From Heterodontus francisci (taxonomy: Eukaryota), in contig NC_090411.1 of the NCBI RefSeq assembly GCF_036365525.1, positions 27,230,819 to 27,294,818 on the forward strand: a stretch of 64,000 nt of DNA, given 5' to 3'. A program made the translations under genes and the position numbers. Positions 1 to 12,900 of the stretch are shown here, in pieces. The notes below the pieces were generated by a model, which did no database searches, was not told where the DNA came from, and saw nothing but the letters and a program-made list of their open reading frames with translations. Position 1 is the first letter of the stretch. Each line of letters begins with the position of its first letter.

Positions 1-246
1 GCAATTTTGGGAGTTGGCTGCAGGCTCTCTTCTCATGTCACCAGAGAACGGCACTGACGGAGGCCGGGAAAACGGTTCAGTAGCCAAACCGTTTGGTGGC
101 CCTGCCTGGAGGAGGTCACATGATGGGAAGTGGCCCCGACGACAGAAAGGGAAAGGTGGAGAAATAACGAGAGCTGAAACCCCCCCCCCACCGCTGAAGA
201 AAATGAGGCCTAGTCCGCAGGCTTGGCACTGATGATTGTCTTTTGA

Positions 247-432
<186 letters not shown>

Positions 433-2044
433 TAGGCCTTCTCCCGGCAACCTCACCATCCCAGTCAGCGAGGGGCCTGTCGGACAGAGGCCTAAGCGTC
501 ATGAGGCGTCCTCCGGCCCTTTCGAATTAGCCCTCCCCCCACCACCCTGGCTGTGAGCCACACTCTGAATTAAATCCCGCCCCTGTAAGAGACTCCCTTT
601 TTTATAGTCACATCGATCCTCAGTTATAACATATAATTCACAATCCCAGCACATGAAGGTGCGGCTTATACACCAGATGTTCAAAGCACGGACACGCGCC
701 CCCCCCGCCCTCCTGGTCCCTGATGTCAGTGGGGTCAAAAACATCACAGACATGTTTACAATTCAAACTCAGGCGCTTTGTACGCAAAAGCTTCCGGAAC
801 TTTCGGTGGAGAATGCACTCAACTCCTTAACCAAAAAAGAAAAATCATTCCCTCTCCCTGCAAGAATGAGATTGGGTGGCAGGGAGTTGCGGGGGAAGAA
901 TTGTAAGCGTTTGGAGTGAGGAGGTTCCGCTGCGAGCGTGCCTTCACGTGCTGTGATGCGTAGGAACAGGAGCAGGCCATTCAGCCCCCTCGAGCCTGCT
1001 GCAAAGGAACAGGACTAGGCCCCTCAAGCCTCCTCCATCATTCAATTAGATCATGGCTGCATGTTTACAGTGTTAGGGCATATATTTGGAGCTCATTTTC
1101 ACTGGTTGACGAGGTCACTGCGGCCTACACAGCTTTCACAAACTTGCTGCACCTCCATTTACAGCCTGCCTCACCTAGAAATTGGTACAGCTGCATTTAG
1201 TATGGCTCCTGCTAGCGAGAGAAAGCCAGGAATTTTTGCAGAAGCTGAGTTTTCCCAGTTTCCATACAAGCAGGTGAACGGGGCCTAGTATAGGAGTAGT
1301 CCATTGGTGCTGCGGCCTGGAAATCCTACCGTTGCTATGACATCACCACAACCCCATTTCATGATTTATTGATGTTGACTGTATTAAACCAGGAGAACTA
1401 CCCTGATCTTTTACAAATGGTTCCATGCAATCTGTTCACATCCACCTGAGAGGGCAGACAGGGGCCTTGGTTTAACATCTCATCTGAAAGACAGCACCTC
1501 TGACAGTGCAGCACTCTCTCAGTACTGCACTGGGAATGTCTGCCTGTATTCTGTGCTCAAGTCTCTGGATTGGGGCTTGAACCCACAACCTTCTGACTGA
1601 AGGGAAGAGTAATAACCCCCTAAACCACAACTGACACCTTCTGGTTTGGCTAGAAATGGGGGATCTGGTCTGGCTGATATCTTCATCAACATGAGCAGGC
1701 CATTGAGTTTGGTGTAGTAATATTATTAGACACCTTACTCTCTGCTGGCCTTGTAGGTAAAAAAAGTGGGGAAAATAATCCAGTACCTCATAATTTATAG
1801 ATCATAATCAATCCAAAGTGTCTTAAACCTAACATATTTGTGTGGTGGATGGACTGAAATAAGACTGGGTGACAGAGTTCAAAGGGCTGCCCCTCCTCCC
1901 ATCCCTTGTGACTATCTTTGCCGGGAGTCCAGCAGATCCTAAGACTGCCTTTGATTTTAGGGCTAGTTCCAGGATGGCCCCATCTCACCAGACCAGGTCA
2001 GTGACCTCCATCTGACCCACTGCAGTGTTACTTCATAGCTAGTG

Positions 2045-2400
2045 CTGCAGAGACTTGAGCACGAAATCCAGGCCGACACTCCAGTGGGGGTGCTGCACTG
2101 TTGGAGGTACTGTCTTTCGGATGAGACGTCAAACTGAGGCCCTCTCGTCTGGACATTAAAGATTCCTCGGCACTATTTGGAAGAAGGGCAGGGGAGTTCT
2201 CCCCGGTGCCCTGGCCAATATTTATCCCTTAATATCCCGTCAATTATCACATTGCTCTCTGTAGGATCTTGCTGTGTGAAAATTGGCTATTGCATTTCCT
2301 ACATTACAACAGTGACTGAAGTTAGAAACTACTTCACTGGCTGTAAAGCACTTTGTGATGTCCTGAGGTCGTGAAAGGCGCTATATAAATGCAAGTCTTT
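2045..2400 (+). mobile_element. Deu-domain SINE (SacSINE1/AmnSINE1-like) with L2-type tail; other copies at about 1395-1640 (-) and 38095-38610 (+)
   Basis: gctgcactgttggaggtactgtctttcggatgagacgtcaaac core and tail gaaaggcgctatataaatgcaagtc shared with the L2 3' end. Family name recalled from memory. Confidence 0.7.
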
Positions 2401-2537
2401 TGTTCTTTTCCTCTCACTTCTCTTTCTTTTGCCCTCTGTCTGTCTCTCTTTCTTTCTGTCTCTTGACCTTTCTCTCTTTGTTGTCTGACTCCTAACCTGT
2501 GTATCCGAGTAACGTGTTTGTTTTCTCTTTGGCCCAG

Positions 2538-2598
2538 GTCTCGGTCGGTCAGTGGAGCCTCCTGTGGCCTCTCCTCCAGCCCCCTAAGCAGTCCCAGG
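2538..2598 (+). CDS. BRSK2: BRSK-family kinase, 61-nt coding exon ((R)SRSVSGASCGLSSSPLSSPR)
   Basis: ttttctctttggcccag acceptor, gtaagt donor at 2599. Phase matches the previous exon (2) and the peptide matches BRSK1/2 SRSxSGASxGLSxSPLSSPR. Confidence 0.93.
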
Positions 2599-2699
2599 GT
2601 AAGTGTGTGTCAAGCATGTTCTAGCCTCGTGTAGCTTTGCATAGCTCCGCTAGGTGATGGCTATGCTAATGTATGCATAAGCTTACCGGCATGGGTCAG

Positions 2700-2925
2700 T
2701 GTATATCCAGACACACACACGTCCGCACACACACACGTGCGCGTACACACAATCACACATACATGCCCACAGACATACAGGTACACACAGGCCATTCACA
2801 AGTACACAGATATGTATAGAAGCAAACAGGCACACATATAGACACAGGCACATATATCAACAATGCACACAAGCACAGACACATACCGACAATGCTATAT
2901 ACACTCATGCGTACATATCCTTATG
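2700..2925. repeat. Degenerate CA-rich low-complexity tract
   Basis: Interrupted (CA)n / cacata runs. Confidence 0.8.
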
Positions 2926-5900
2926 TGCCATAGAAGCCCAGAGGTCCCAGGTTCAGTCATAACTGGGACAGCAGTTGGTGGGGTTTGGGCTACAATTGGT
3001 ATTGTCTCCCCTGCCTCACAGAGGGTTAAAAGCAGCCATGGATCCCATTCCTGATCAGTATCCAATGCCATAGATCCACTTAATAGGCAGATGCCTGACA
3101 TCACGCATGGCCTCACTGAAAGCTTCAAACGTAGGCAAATTTCAGGGCACCTCTTTAGAGCCAGTTGGCCTTTGAGGTCCTGAGAATTCTGCGAGGGAAC
3201 ACCTTGCGGCTGCCGCTTGCCTTATGCGTGCGATAAGCATTCAGGGTGAGTACAGCTCGGTGCGAATGAGCTTTCGGACACAACATGAGGGGCCTTACAG
3301 CTCTGAAAAGATTCCATCCGTAAGAGGCTCCCTGTTTTACAGTCAAGTCCTCAGTAAAAATGGAAATAATGTAAAATTTATACACACCACGTGTTAAAGC
3401 ACAGACACTCCCTGCCTCCCTGTCCTTGATCCCAATGGATCAATGGGGTAAAGGCATCACAAGATCTGGTTTGGTCCTCTGTCCATGGTCAGTTAGCTGT
3501 CAGGACATTATATTTGACATCCGACCTCTGGCCTGGGGATGGGGTGTTTAACGATCGAGGATTCCTGCTCCCGATCGATGCCTCTTCCAGAAAATGTGTG
3601 GCTATCAAGTAAGAACTAGGATTGGCTGTGATGCCACAACAGTGGAATAGACAGTCGCCACTTAAATTCTAGATTCAGAAATGAAGAATGTTCACTGGGT
3701 GCGATACAGGAGGTCATAGTTCAGCAACTTTTTTTTTTACATGACCAGACTTTTCTAAAAAAAAAAAATTTTGCCAAAAATAAAAACCATTGGGAACCAC
3801 AAAACAAAAATTTGGCATTTCTAAACCAAATACTTTTCTCCCAGCTGACTGCTGGGCTGTAGTCCACTCACGTTTAACTCAGTGGCGGGAGAGTCGTTAC
3901 TCAGGGTGGGTCGCCTGAGTTTAACTTTGCCATGACTGGCATCTGAGGATGACCCCTTTAATTGTGTCCAATTAAAGGTGCATCTTACCTGTGGAAAGGC
4001 AAGTGCTGGAGCATTTGTTGCAATTGTGGAACGGCACGGTGTGCCGTGATTTGCGTCGCAGAAACTCAACTGCACTGCAAAGAACAAGTCGCCATGTCAC
4101 TTGTGCCTGATGCCATTGTGCTGCATTTGATGCATTTTTGCTCCACAAGACTGCACCAGCCTTTGAGTCAACAAAAATAGCACAAACCTTTGCCTCAATG
4201 AGTTGGTGCCAACCTTTGGGTCAACGAGATGTTGCCAGTCTGTGCCTCCATGAGATGGCGCCAACCTTTGGGTCAACGAAATTACCCTCTAAAATTTAAA
4301 GGACCTTCAAAAAGGTTTATCTCTTTCACCAATGCACAACTAAATCTTCCAACATTCACTGAGATTGACTGAATTATTTTTAAAAAGCAGTCTACCCAGC
4401 AAACTTTCTAGTCAGTCATGCATTCCTGCCTTAAGGGATTGAAAAGTTCCTCTCCATGTTAAAAACAATTTTTTGCCCATGGCATTTCACAAACTGAGAA
4501 TGCCTGGAAATCTAAGGTAAAAACAGAAATTGCTGCAAATGCATAGCCGGACCTGTCTGAAAAGGGAAAAACTAGATTATTATTTCAGATAGAGCCCATT
4601 TCTCTGAATGTTTGAACATTTCTGACAGAAACTTGACCTGTTTGCTGCTGGTTGTAGTAACCCCTATTTCCCACTGGGGCGCATTGCAGAGCTTTGTGGC
4701 GACACCAGCAGGCGATCAGTGTCACTGCAGCACTGGAATCGCCAGTGTATTTTACTCTGGGGTTTTCCAGTGGTGTTCTGGGGCAATTTCTATTCTTTAT
4801 TTAACCATTTTTTGCCAATTATTTTTGTTTTGCTTCCTTCGGTAATTGCCAACAGCATTACATCATTTGTAAAAATAATTCGTATGAAGGGATTTTCAAA
4901 AAATCTTTTTTCAAATCATTTCATAATGACTTAAACACGCTGGAAATACTCAGCAGGTTCGTCAGGGTTAAGTTATACCTTCACCCCCCTCCGATTTTCT
5001 CAAGACAAAGGAAATGTGTTCAGGGTTAAGCACTGCTGTATCTGAGATTTCTACGTTCCTCCACCTATGGCTGCTGTCGAATCCCCAATTTTAATCGCTC
5101 CACCATTGGTGGCTGTGCCTTTAGCTGCCTGGGCCCTAAGCTCTGGTATTCCCTCCCTAAACCTTTCCACCTCTCTCTCTCTCCTCCTTTAAGATGGCTC
5201 TTAAAACTCACTTCTTTGACCAAGCTTTAGGCCACCTCTCCTGATATTGCCAATGTGTCACGGTGTCAAATTCTGTTTGATAATCACTCCTGTGAAGTGC
5301 CTTGGGTTTTTTTTTTACAATGTCAAAGGCACTATATAAATGCAAGTTTGGTTGTGCTGTTGTCTCTGCTTCTACCCCTATCCTGGTTGGCTTAAAATGG
5401 ACCTGACCGTGTGTGGGTGAGCACATTCCACAGCACACACATCCCTCAGCTTAATGAATGCAAATCTAACCAAAATAAACTGGGAAACAAAATGTGCCAT
5501 GCCTCGAGTGTCGGGCCCCATGCCTGCATTTAGAATCTTTCCCAGTATTTCAAGAACTGTGAGGGAGTCAGAGCAGGGAAAGGATTGAAACGCGGGCGGG
5601 TTGTACAATAGGCCAGAATTCCCCGAGTGTGAATCTGTGTTAAGAGTCTCGCTACACATCCTACTCACACGTGGCAAGAACGTGCCATCAGTCTCAGTGC
5701 ATGGTTGTTGGTTGTGCTTTTTGAGTGCGCTCTGAGCCTGGGCTGTCTCGGTATTTTGGGGTACACCACCACCTTGTAATCTGGGGGTCCTCTTCCTCCT
5801 CCCACCAAATCTGGGCGATTAGTATCAACCCAGGTTTGATGGGCCAGTAAAAGGGTGGGGGTCTAATAAAACCAATAAACTAATAAAGGAACCATTCCAT

Positions 5901-6532
5901 TTTCTTGGATAATGTCCGAATTTGAGGTATTCTGATCTGTTGGGATTGTGGCCGCATTGGGGAGTGTCTTTGGCGATACCCCGAATGGCTGTGTATGTGG
6001 TGTGCAGCCGCCCTGCTCGCACCAGACGGCCTCGACATCAATTCCCACCTGGTGTTGACCCGCGATTGAACTCAGGGCAGTGGTAGGGGGTCAGTTGGCC
6101 TCAGCAACTCTGGGCAGCATTCAGTGGGGGGAGGGGCTAGTGAAAATGAAATCATCCAGGGTTCCCATTCCTGATTGCCCCTGACAGGAAAGAGGACATT
6201 AATTGGGGACAGGTTGCGATGCCTTCTGCAGTTGAATAGCCTCCTCTCACTCGTGGTTGCAAGGAGGGCACCCATGGAACTGTATCCAGGCCGTGGGTTC
6301 ATTTGGGAGAGGAGGAAGAGGAAGTGCCGTGGTCCCGGGAATAATTGGCTTGCCACCACGAAATCGCGGGACATTCCTCGCCCAAAGTGTTGCCATTATT
6401 TTATGAAACTTTTCAGTTTTTCTCTTCTGTTTGCAATCCTTTCTCCTCGTGCTTTTTGTCCGACCCTGCTGAATGCTGCTGTTCTTGTTGTTCTTGTTCA
6501 CTTCACGTGACTTTTCCTCTCATGACATTCAG

Positions 6533-7130
6533 CCCATTCGTAAGTTCTCTGTCCCTCCTCAGAGCCCCGTCTTTAGCTTCTCGCCCGCCTCACCCGAGCG
6601 CCACGCTTGTAAGGACTTCTCTCACCAGCCCGGCACCGTGTGGCAATCGAAACTAGCACACCACCACCGCCAGCCTGACCCCAAGACACAAACGCTGCCG
6701 GCTAAGGCTACCCTGAGCGAGAAGCCATTGCAACCCATCAAATCCAACCCTCTCCCTATCAACCTTGCAGCTACCTCTCCTTCCCCGAACCCCCAGTGCC
6801 ACCACCCTTCTGTGCCATCACCACCCCACCACTCCATCCCTTCACCCTCCTTCATTCCGTCTCCCCCCGCTCGATTTTTCCCAAGTACTAAAACGAGCGC
6901 CAAATCTATCCCTGCCCCACAGGTGACCCCTCACCCCTCCCCTAGAGGCAGCCCCCTCCCCACCCCGCTGGGAACCCCCGTCCACACGCCAAAGGAGAGC
7001 CCCACCAGCACGCCCAACGCGACACCGCCTTCCAGCCCAGGGGTCGGAGGAGTGCCCTGGAGGACTCGGCTCAACTCAATCAAGAACAGCTTCCTCGGGT
7101 CTCCGCGCTTCCATCGAAGGAAGCTACAAG
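6533..7130 (+). CDS. BRSK2: BRSK-family kinase, Pro/Ser-rich exon ending ...[15 protein letters not shown]...[24 protein letters not shown]; candidate in-frame acceptors give starts at 6533, 6563 or 6923
   Basis: Open frame 6473-7159 in the ORF track. The part from 6923 matches BRSK2, with donor CAAG|gtgagc at 7131. The 5' boundary is uncertain among three phase-0 AG sites. Confidence 0.88.
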
Positions 7131-7806
7131 GTGAGCTCAGGTCGGGCTGTCAGAGCTGACTGTTCTTTGGTAGTTAAAGGGGAAGGCAAGTCCAGGGATA
7201 TGTTTTCTGTCTAAGCCCCTCTTCGCCCACCCCACTGTCGATGTCAGTGCACACGGTTATGAAACAATTGCCGCCTTCCACCTATTTCCGGACAGCATTT
7301 TGGTCCCGTGGGTCCACTCTGTTGACATCACTGACTGAAGAGGTCACCTGACTCCATTTGATGGAGGGTTGGGGGGGTGGGGGAGGGGCAGATTGTCAAG
7401 GTTTGAATCGCTTGGGATGTGATTCAGAGCCACTGGCAAAGTCACATGATGCACCTAGCCCAAGGTCAGGTGACTCTGTGTCTGCTCCAGCTTCGATCTG
7501 AAGTCACGGCCTATGTTAAAGTGAAGCGAACTGTTCAGCGTCTCCGGCTGCCCCTCTATATCAGTTCAGGGCACCAGGGTGTCTCTGGACAGACAGAGAC
7601 CAAAATGGCGAGTCTGATAGAGTTGGAGGTAGAGATGGTGTATTGAAGGAGATGGATTAATAAATTGATAGTTAGATAGAAATGGATAAATTGATAGAGT
7701 AGGATTGACTGAAAGATGGATAGATTGAGGTTGCAGATTGATAAATATGGCTCCATAGAGATGGATGGACTGACTGAGACACATGGGCAGATATTATTGA
7801 CGGACT

Positions 7807-8170
7807 AGAATGATCGAGTCATTCACAGCACAGAAGGAGGCCATTCGGACCATCGAGTCCCTGCCGGCTCTCCACGGAGCTATGCTGTCAGTCCCACTCC
7901 CCAGCTCGATCCCGTAGCCCTATTTCCTTCAGGTGGTCATCCAACTTCCTCCTGAAGGCATTGGATTGTCTCCGCTTCCACCACCCTTGTGGGCAGCGAG
8001 TTCCAGGTCATTACACTCACTGCGTATAAGAGGTGCTTCCTCATATTCCCCCTGCATCTTTTGCCCAAAACTCTCAATCAGTCTCACCTAGTATTGTACT
8101 ATTTGTTAATGGGAACAGCTTTTCCTTGTCTAACTTATCTAAGCCTGTCATCATTTTGTACACTTCCATA
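7807..8170 (-). mobile_element. CR1 LINE 3' fragment
   Basis: Tail cacagcacagaaggaggccattcggaccatcgagtcc on +, followed by reverse-strand CR1 3' ORF-like sequence. Confidence 0.75.
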
Positions 8171-8214
8171 GACTGAGAGGAATAGATTAATAAAGGTGGG
8201 TGGACTGACTGATA

Positions 8215-8890
8215 GAGGTGGGTGGGCGGAGAGACTGATAGAGGTGGGTGGGTGGACAGACTGATAGAGGTGGGTGAGCGGAGAGACTGATAGAGGTGGG
8301 TGGGTGGACAGACTGATAGAGGTGGGTGAGCGGAGAGACTGATAGAGGTGGGTGAACGGAGAGACTGATAGAGGTGGGTGGGTGGACAGACTGATAGAGG
8401 TGGGTGAGCGGAGAGACTGATAGAGGTGGGTGGGTGGACAGACTGATAGAGGTGGGTGGGCAGAGAGACTGATAGAGGTGGGTGGGTGGACAGACTGATA
8501 GAGGTGGGTGAGCGGAGAGACTGATAGAGGTGGGTGGGTGGACAGACTGATAGAGGTGGGTGGGCGGAGAGACTGATAGAGGTGGGTGGGCGGAGAGACT
8601 GATAGAGGTGGGTGAGCGGAGAGACTGATAGAGGTGGGTGAGCGGAGAGACTGATAGAGGTGGGTGGGTGGACAGACTGATAGAGGTGGGTGGGCGGAGA
8701 GACTGATAGAGGTGGGTGAGCGGAGAGACTGATAGAGGTGGGTGGGTGGACAGACTGATAGAGGTGGGTGAGCGGAGAGACTGATAGAGGTGGGTGAGCG
8801 GAGAGACTGATAGAGGTGGGTGGGTGGACAGACTGATAGAGGTGGGTGGGCAGAGAGACTGATAGAGGTGGGTGAGCGGAGAGACTGATA
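8215..8890. repeat. Minisatellite, 26 copies of a 26-bp unit (gaggtgggtgRgYggaSagactgata)
   Basis: Units counted directly: 676 bp = 26 x 26, no indels. Confidence 0.97.
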
Positions 8891-9474
8891 GAGATGGTAT
8901 AGAGTAGGATTGATGAGGCAAATTGCTGGGGGTATATTGACTGATAACAGCTGGTAGATTAATCCGCTCATTGAAGTGAATGGGTTATAATCAAGCACGG
9001 TGCAGCGGACAAGCACAAAAACCACAGCCGTAGAGTTTTGTTGGTGGACATTTGGGGGTGTTTCGTAGAGTCACTTTCTTTCGAGGAAGAATATTTTCAA
9101 ACTTCTCGTGAGAACCCCTTGCCCACTGTGAATAATCTGGTGAATACCATGCGGGGAGCGTGGCAAAGGCAGAGTTTGAAATTTCCACCATATGCCTGTG
9201 ACCCCGCCCCCATAAACCTTTCCTCGGACGAATATAAATAACTCGGCAGTTTTCTGAAGGTAGAATATTTCCGCTTGAATGGGGGATGTTGCCATGTTTC
9301 ATAAGGCTCAGCACCAAACAGGGAGGAAGATCAGTAAGTGGGCAGGGAATCATGGCTTGATATGTTGGGCTTTGCTTTGTTGATTGGAGACCTGAATGAC
9401 TAGGACAATACTGAAGTTCTACAGTTTGGAAAATTCCCACTAGTCCAACAAAAATACCAGACAGTTGGATCAAA

Positions 9475-9875
9475 CACCATTCGGCCCATCGTGTCCATGC
9501 TGGTCAACAAAGAGCTACCCAGCTACCCTGCAGGTCATGCCTCTTGAATTAGACATCCAAGTACTTTTTAAGGGTGATGAGAGTTTCTGCCTCTACCCTT
9601 TCAGGCAGTGAGTTCCAGATCCCTACCACCCTCTGGGTGAAAAAAGGTTTCCTCATCTCCCCTCTATCCTTCGACCAATTACTTTAAATCCATAACCCCT
9701 TGGTTTTTGACCCCTCTGCTACGGTAAATAAACCGTCCCTATTTACTCTACCTAGGCCCCTCATAATTATATACACCTCAATTAAGTCACCCCTCAGCCT
9801 CCTCTTTACCAAGGAAAATAACCCCAGCCTATCCAATCTTTCCTCAAAGCTAAAATTCTCCATCCCTGGCAACGT
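9475..9875 (-). mobile_element. CR1 LINE 3' fragment
   Basis: ORF 9684..9878 (FEERLDRLGLFSLVKRRLRGDLIEVY). Confidence 0.85.
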
Positions 9876-10532
9876 CATACTGTTGCTAAAATCTGAGTCA
9901 CCCCCCCCCCCCCTCCCCCCATGACATCATCAGCGGAACAGCCTATTGACAGCAAATAAAAGGGAAAATTTGCACGGTTACAGGGAAAGAGTGGGGGAAT
10001 GGGACTAATTATTAGCTCTTTCAAAGAGCCAGCATGAACACGATGGAACAAATGGCCTCCCCCTGTGCCCTACCACTCTATGATTCTGAAACAAAAAGCA
10101 TCTATGTCATTGTTGTTGTTGTTGCTTGACTGGTTAAGTTGCGAAGAACGCCTCCAGGTTATTTGCCATATTTGGCCTCAGCACCCTCCCTTCCAGGCGA
10201 GAGGGGGTTAAAATCAGCCCAGGTTCCCGTTCCCAGTCACCATCTAGTGAGCTCTGCTGGGAGGATGGTGAGGCTAGGATCAGGCCTCGCTTGTGACGCC
10301 CTCTATATTTGAACAGGCTGCAGACGCTCTCCCACATGCAGAATGGCTTTTTTGGTGCTGCTGGCACAAGGCAGCATCAAGAATTGCCACTGTGTCACCG
10401 GGTTGGGCATTTTCCCACATAATGAATGAAGAGTCAGGAAGCGTGATTACAAAATGAAGACTGTTGCCGCGGAAGCTCTCCTTGCAGACTACACTGACAC
10501 CATGTTTCTTCCTTCTCCCCCATCTCGGACAG

Positions 10533-10578
10533 TACCGACAGAGGAAATGTCCAGCCTGACACCGGAGTCATCACCTGA
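10533..10578 (+). CDS. BRSK2: BRSK-family kinase, 46-nt coding exon (VPTEEMSSLTPESSPE)
   Basis: Pyrimidine tract + gacag acceptor, gtaagt donor at 10579. Phases 1/2 are consistent with the neighbours and the peptide matches BRSK VPTxEEMSxLTPESSPE. Confidence 0.92.
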
Positions 10579-10689
10579 GTAAGTTAAACTCTTTGGGTAA
10601 TGTCAAGAGTAATAGCAGGGGGTAGAGAATAGCCTCCTGCCCTGCTCACACAGTCTCCAGTTTATCTGCGACTTTGGGCTTATTCCGAT

Positions 10690-10957
10690 CTCACTTTCTC
10701 CCTGGCCTCCTTCATTTTTTGTTTCCCTATTTTCTCACACTGTTTTCCCCTTCTCTTTCTTCCTCTTTATCTCGTTCCGACCCCTTTTTTTAATCTTGGT
10801 TTTCCCACTTCTCTCTTTATCTCACTCTCCATCTTCTAGTTTCTCTTCTTATTTATAGTTCACTCTTTCTCTCTCATTCTCACTGCCTCGCTCACCTATT
10901 TTATCTCTAGTTTCTCTCTCTCTCTGTTCACCTCGTTATCTCCTTTCCTTTTTTCTG
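10690..10957. repeat. CT-rich low-complexity tract
   Basis: Almost purely pyrimidine on the + strand. Confidence 0.75.
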
Positions 10958-12004
10958 ATTGAGTATTTTAATGCCAGAATGGGAGGAGCATGTTGGGCCT
11001 TTGGCTTTACTAAAAATTCTTACATTCTTCAGTAGTCAGTAAGTACAATGTACACCAACCTCACACTTCAAAGTTCTACACACAACCCCACCCGCCCCCC
11101 CCCCCCCCGCCGCCACCACCTTCGTCATTGTCTTCCCTTCATGCTAGATCTACTAGTAACTGACTCCTTCATTAACCCATCTCTGGACATCATTTCCATG
11201 ATCACTTGCTGGGCACCTCAGTGCTGTTGTACATTGTACAAATGGTCTCAAGATTTTCAAGTAGAACCAATCTCTCCTTTAACCACATGAAGAGCCTTCA
11301 GCACTCTTCACCTCCATGGCTGAATTGGCCGAGAGCTTGAGTACTGGAGCATGAGGGAGCCATCTGTGTTTCCCCGAGGATTGGAAGGTAAATGGCTGGA
11401 GATATTTGAGCAATGTTAGCTGCCTTGCACTTACCTCTGCCTGACAAGACACATGAATGAACTGGCTGCTTCAGCATCTGCCAGTTCCAATTCACAGTAA
11501 ATACAGGTTGTGAGGTCTGTGCAGGGATTTGCGGAAAGGGCAGGTCTCACTAGATTGCTCTTCGAAAGAGCTGGCTCAGATGTGATGGGCCAAATGGCCT
11601 CCTTCTGTGTTGTAACATTCTATGATTGTATTCTATGATTTTAATCAGTTGTTGCGAGGGGTCCTGAACACTTTCTGCTGGGGGTTCTATTCATCTGTGG
11701 ATTATCTCATTATAACTTCTGCAAAAATAATATTAAAATAATTTAAAGTGGGGGGGGGGGGGGGGGGGGTGGGATGACTGGACTCTGTCTCTCAGATTCC
11801 AGATTAAATCCAGCTCAAAGTGATGGTGTGAATTTCCTCAGTCATGGATAAGTGCGGGCAGTTATAGTGAGCACTGTGCCACAGAATGAAACCACAACTA
11901 ATGGCACTAAATTAGTCATCTCATTTGGAGTGACCATACTGTCGGAAAGATGTCACCTTGGTGTGGAAGGGAGACTGAGAGTGTAGCATATTGATGAGCA
12001 GGAA

Positions 12005-12375
12005 CAAAGGCTGCTTTACTCTGTATCTGACCTGTCCTCTACTGGAGCTGGGAGTACTTGATGGGTCATTGTAGGAACAGCTTTAACTGTGTATCTGACT
12101 CTTGCTGTAGCTGATCTAGGAACTCTTTATGGGACAGCGTAGGGAGAGCTTTAACTGTGCTTTTAACCCGTGTTCCATTTGACCTGGGAGTGATTGACTG
12201 GATAATGTAGAGGGAAGTTTACACTGTCTAACCCAGTTCAGTACAAGGGAGAGTTTACACTTTATCTAAGCCATGCTGTACCTGAACTGGTAGTGATTGG
12301 GGCAGTACAAAAGGAAGTTTACTCGGCATCTAACCCATGCTGTACCTGACGAGAGAGTACTTGATCTTGTATCTG
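12005..12375. repeat. Degenerate tandem repeat, unit about 65-68 bp, roughly 5-6 copies
   Basis: Recurring ggga.agtttacactgtatctaacccatgctgtacctga.ctgggagtg.ttgatggg.cagtgta motif. Confidence 0.75.
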
Positions 12376-12430
12376 AATTCCACAGCCCTCCTCATCTGCA
12401 CTCCGGCTTTCATGCTCAATTTCCTGCTAA

Positions 12431-12592
<162 letters not shown>

Positions 12593-12900
12593 TAACCATT
12601 CCTTTTGCCAAAATCAGTTGTTCTCTCTCAAGATGCGTTAGAGCCTGGGGAAGTCTCGGGTTCAGTCACTGGCCTGTGCTGTGTTAACTGATCTTGAGCA
12701 AGCCTCAGTACCCTTGCTTTCGGAGTGGGGCACGGGGAGGGAGGGAGGGCGCACTGGCCCTGGGTCACATAAAGAGGGGCCTAGAAAAGTGCCAGCAGTG
12801 AGCTGCCATCTAGAGTCCTCAACATCCACAAGAAGAAATTTCTTTAAGGGAGCCTGCCAACCATCTCCTCTTCCCCGCTCTGACGGGCCAGGCAGGCTCC

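Noticed and set aside
1200-1290. Peptide IFAEAEFSQFPYKQ loosely resembling the BRSK2 cassette exon DIAEAHPQFSKED
   Set aside because: The donor would be phase 0 where phase 2 is required, there is no good acceptor, and the region looks repeat-derived.
4207-4279. 20-bp direct repeat gccaacctttgggtcaacga
   Set aside because: Only two copies, at the end of a probable MITE-like repeat; an ordinary local duplication.
8135-9025. Long minus-strand ORFs (296 aa, 244 aa) and a CRISPR-like regular periodicity
   Set aside because: The ORFs are translations of the 26-bp minisatellite. Units are contiguous with no unique spacers, there are no cas genes, and the DNA is vertebrate.
11750-11773. Poly-G run (similar runs near 52244-52262, poly-C near 29375-29413)
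   Set aside because: Simple homopolymers of unreliable length; no supporting context for function.
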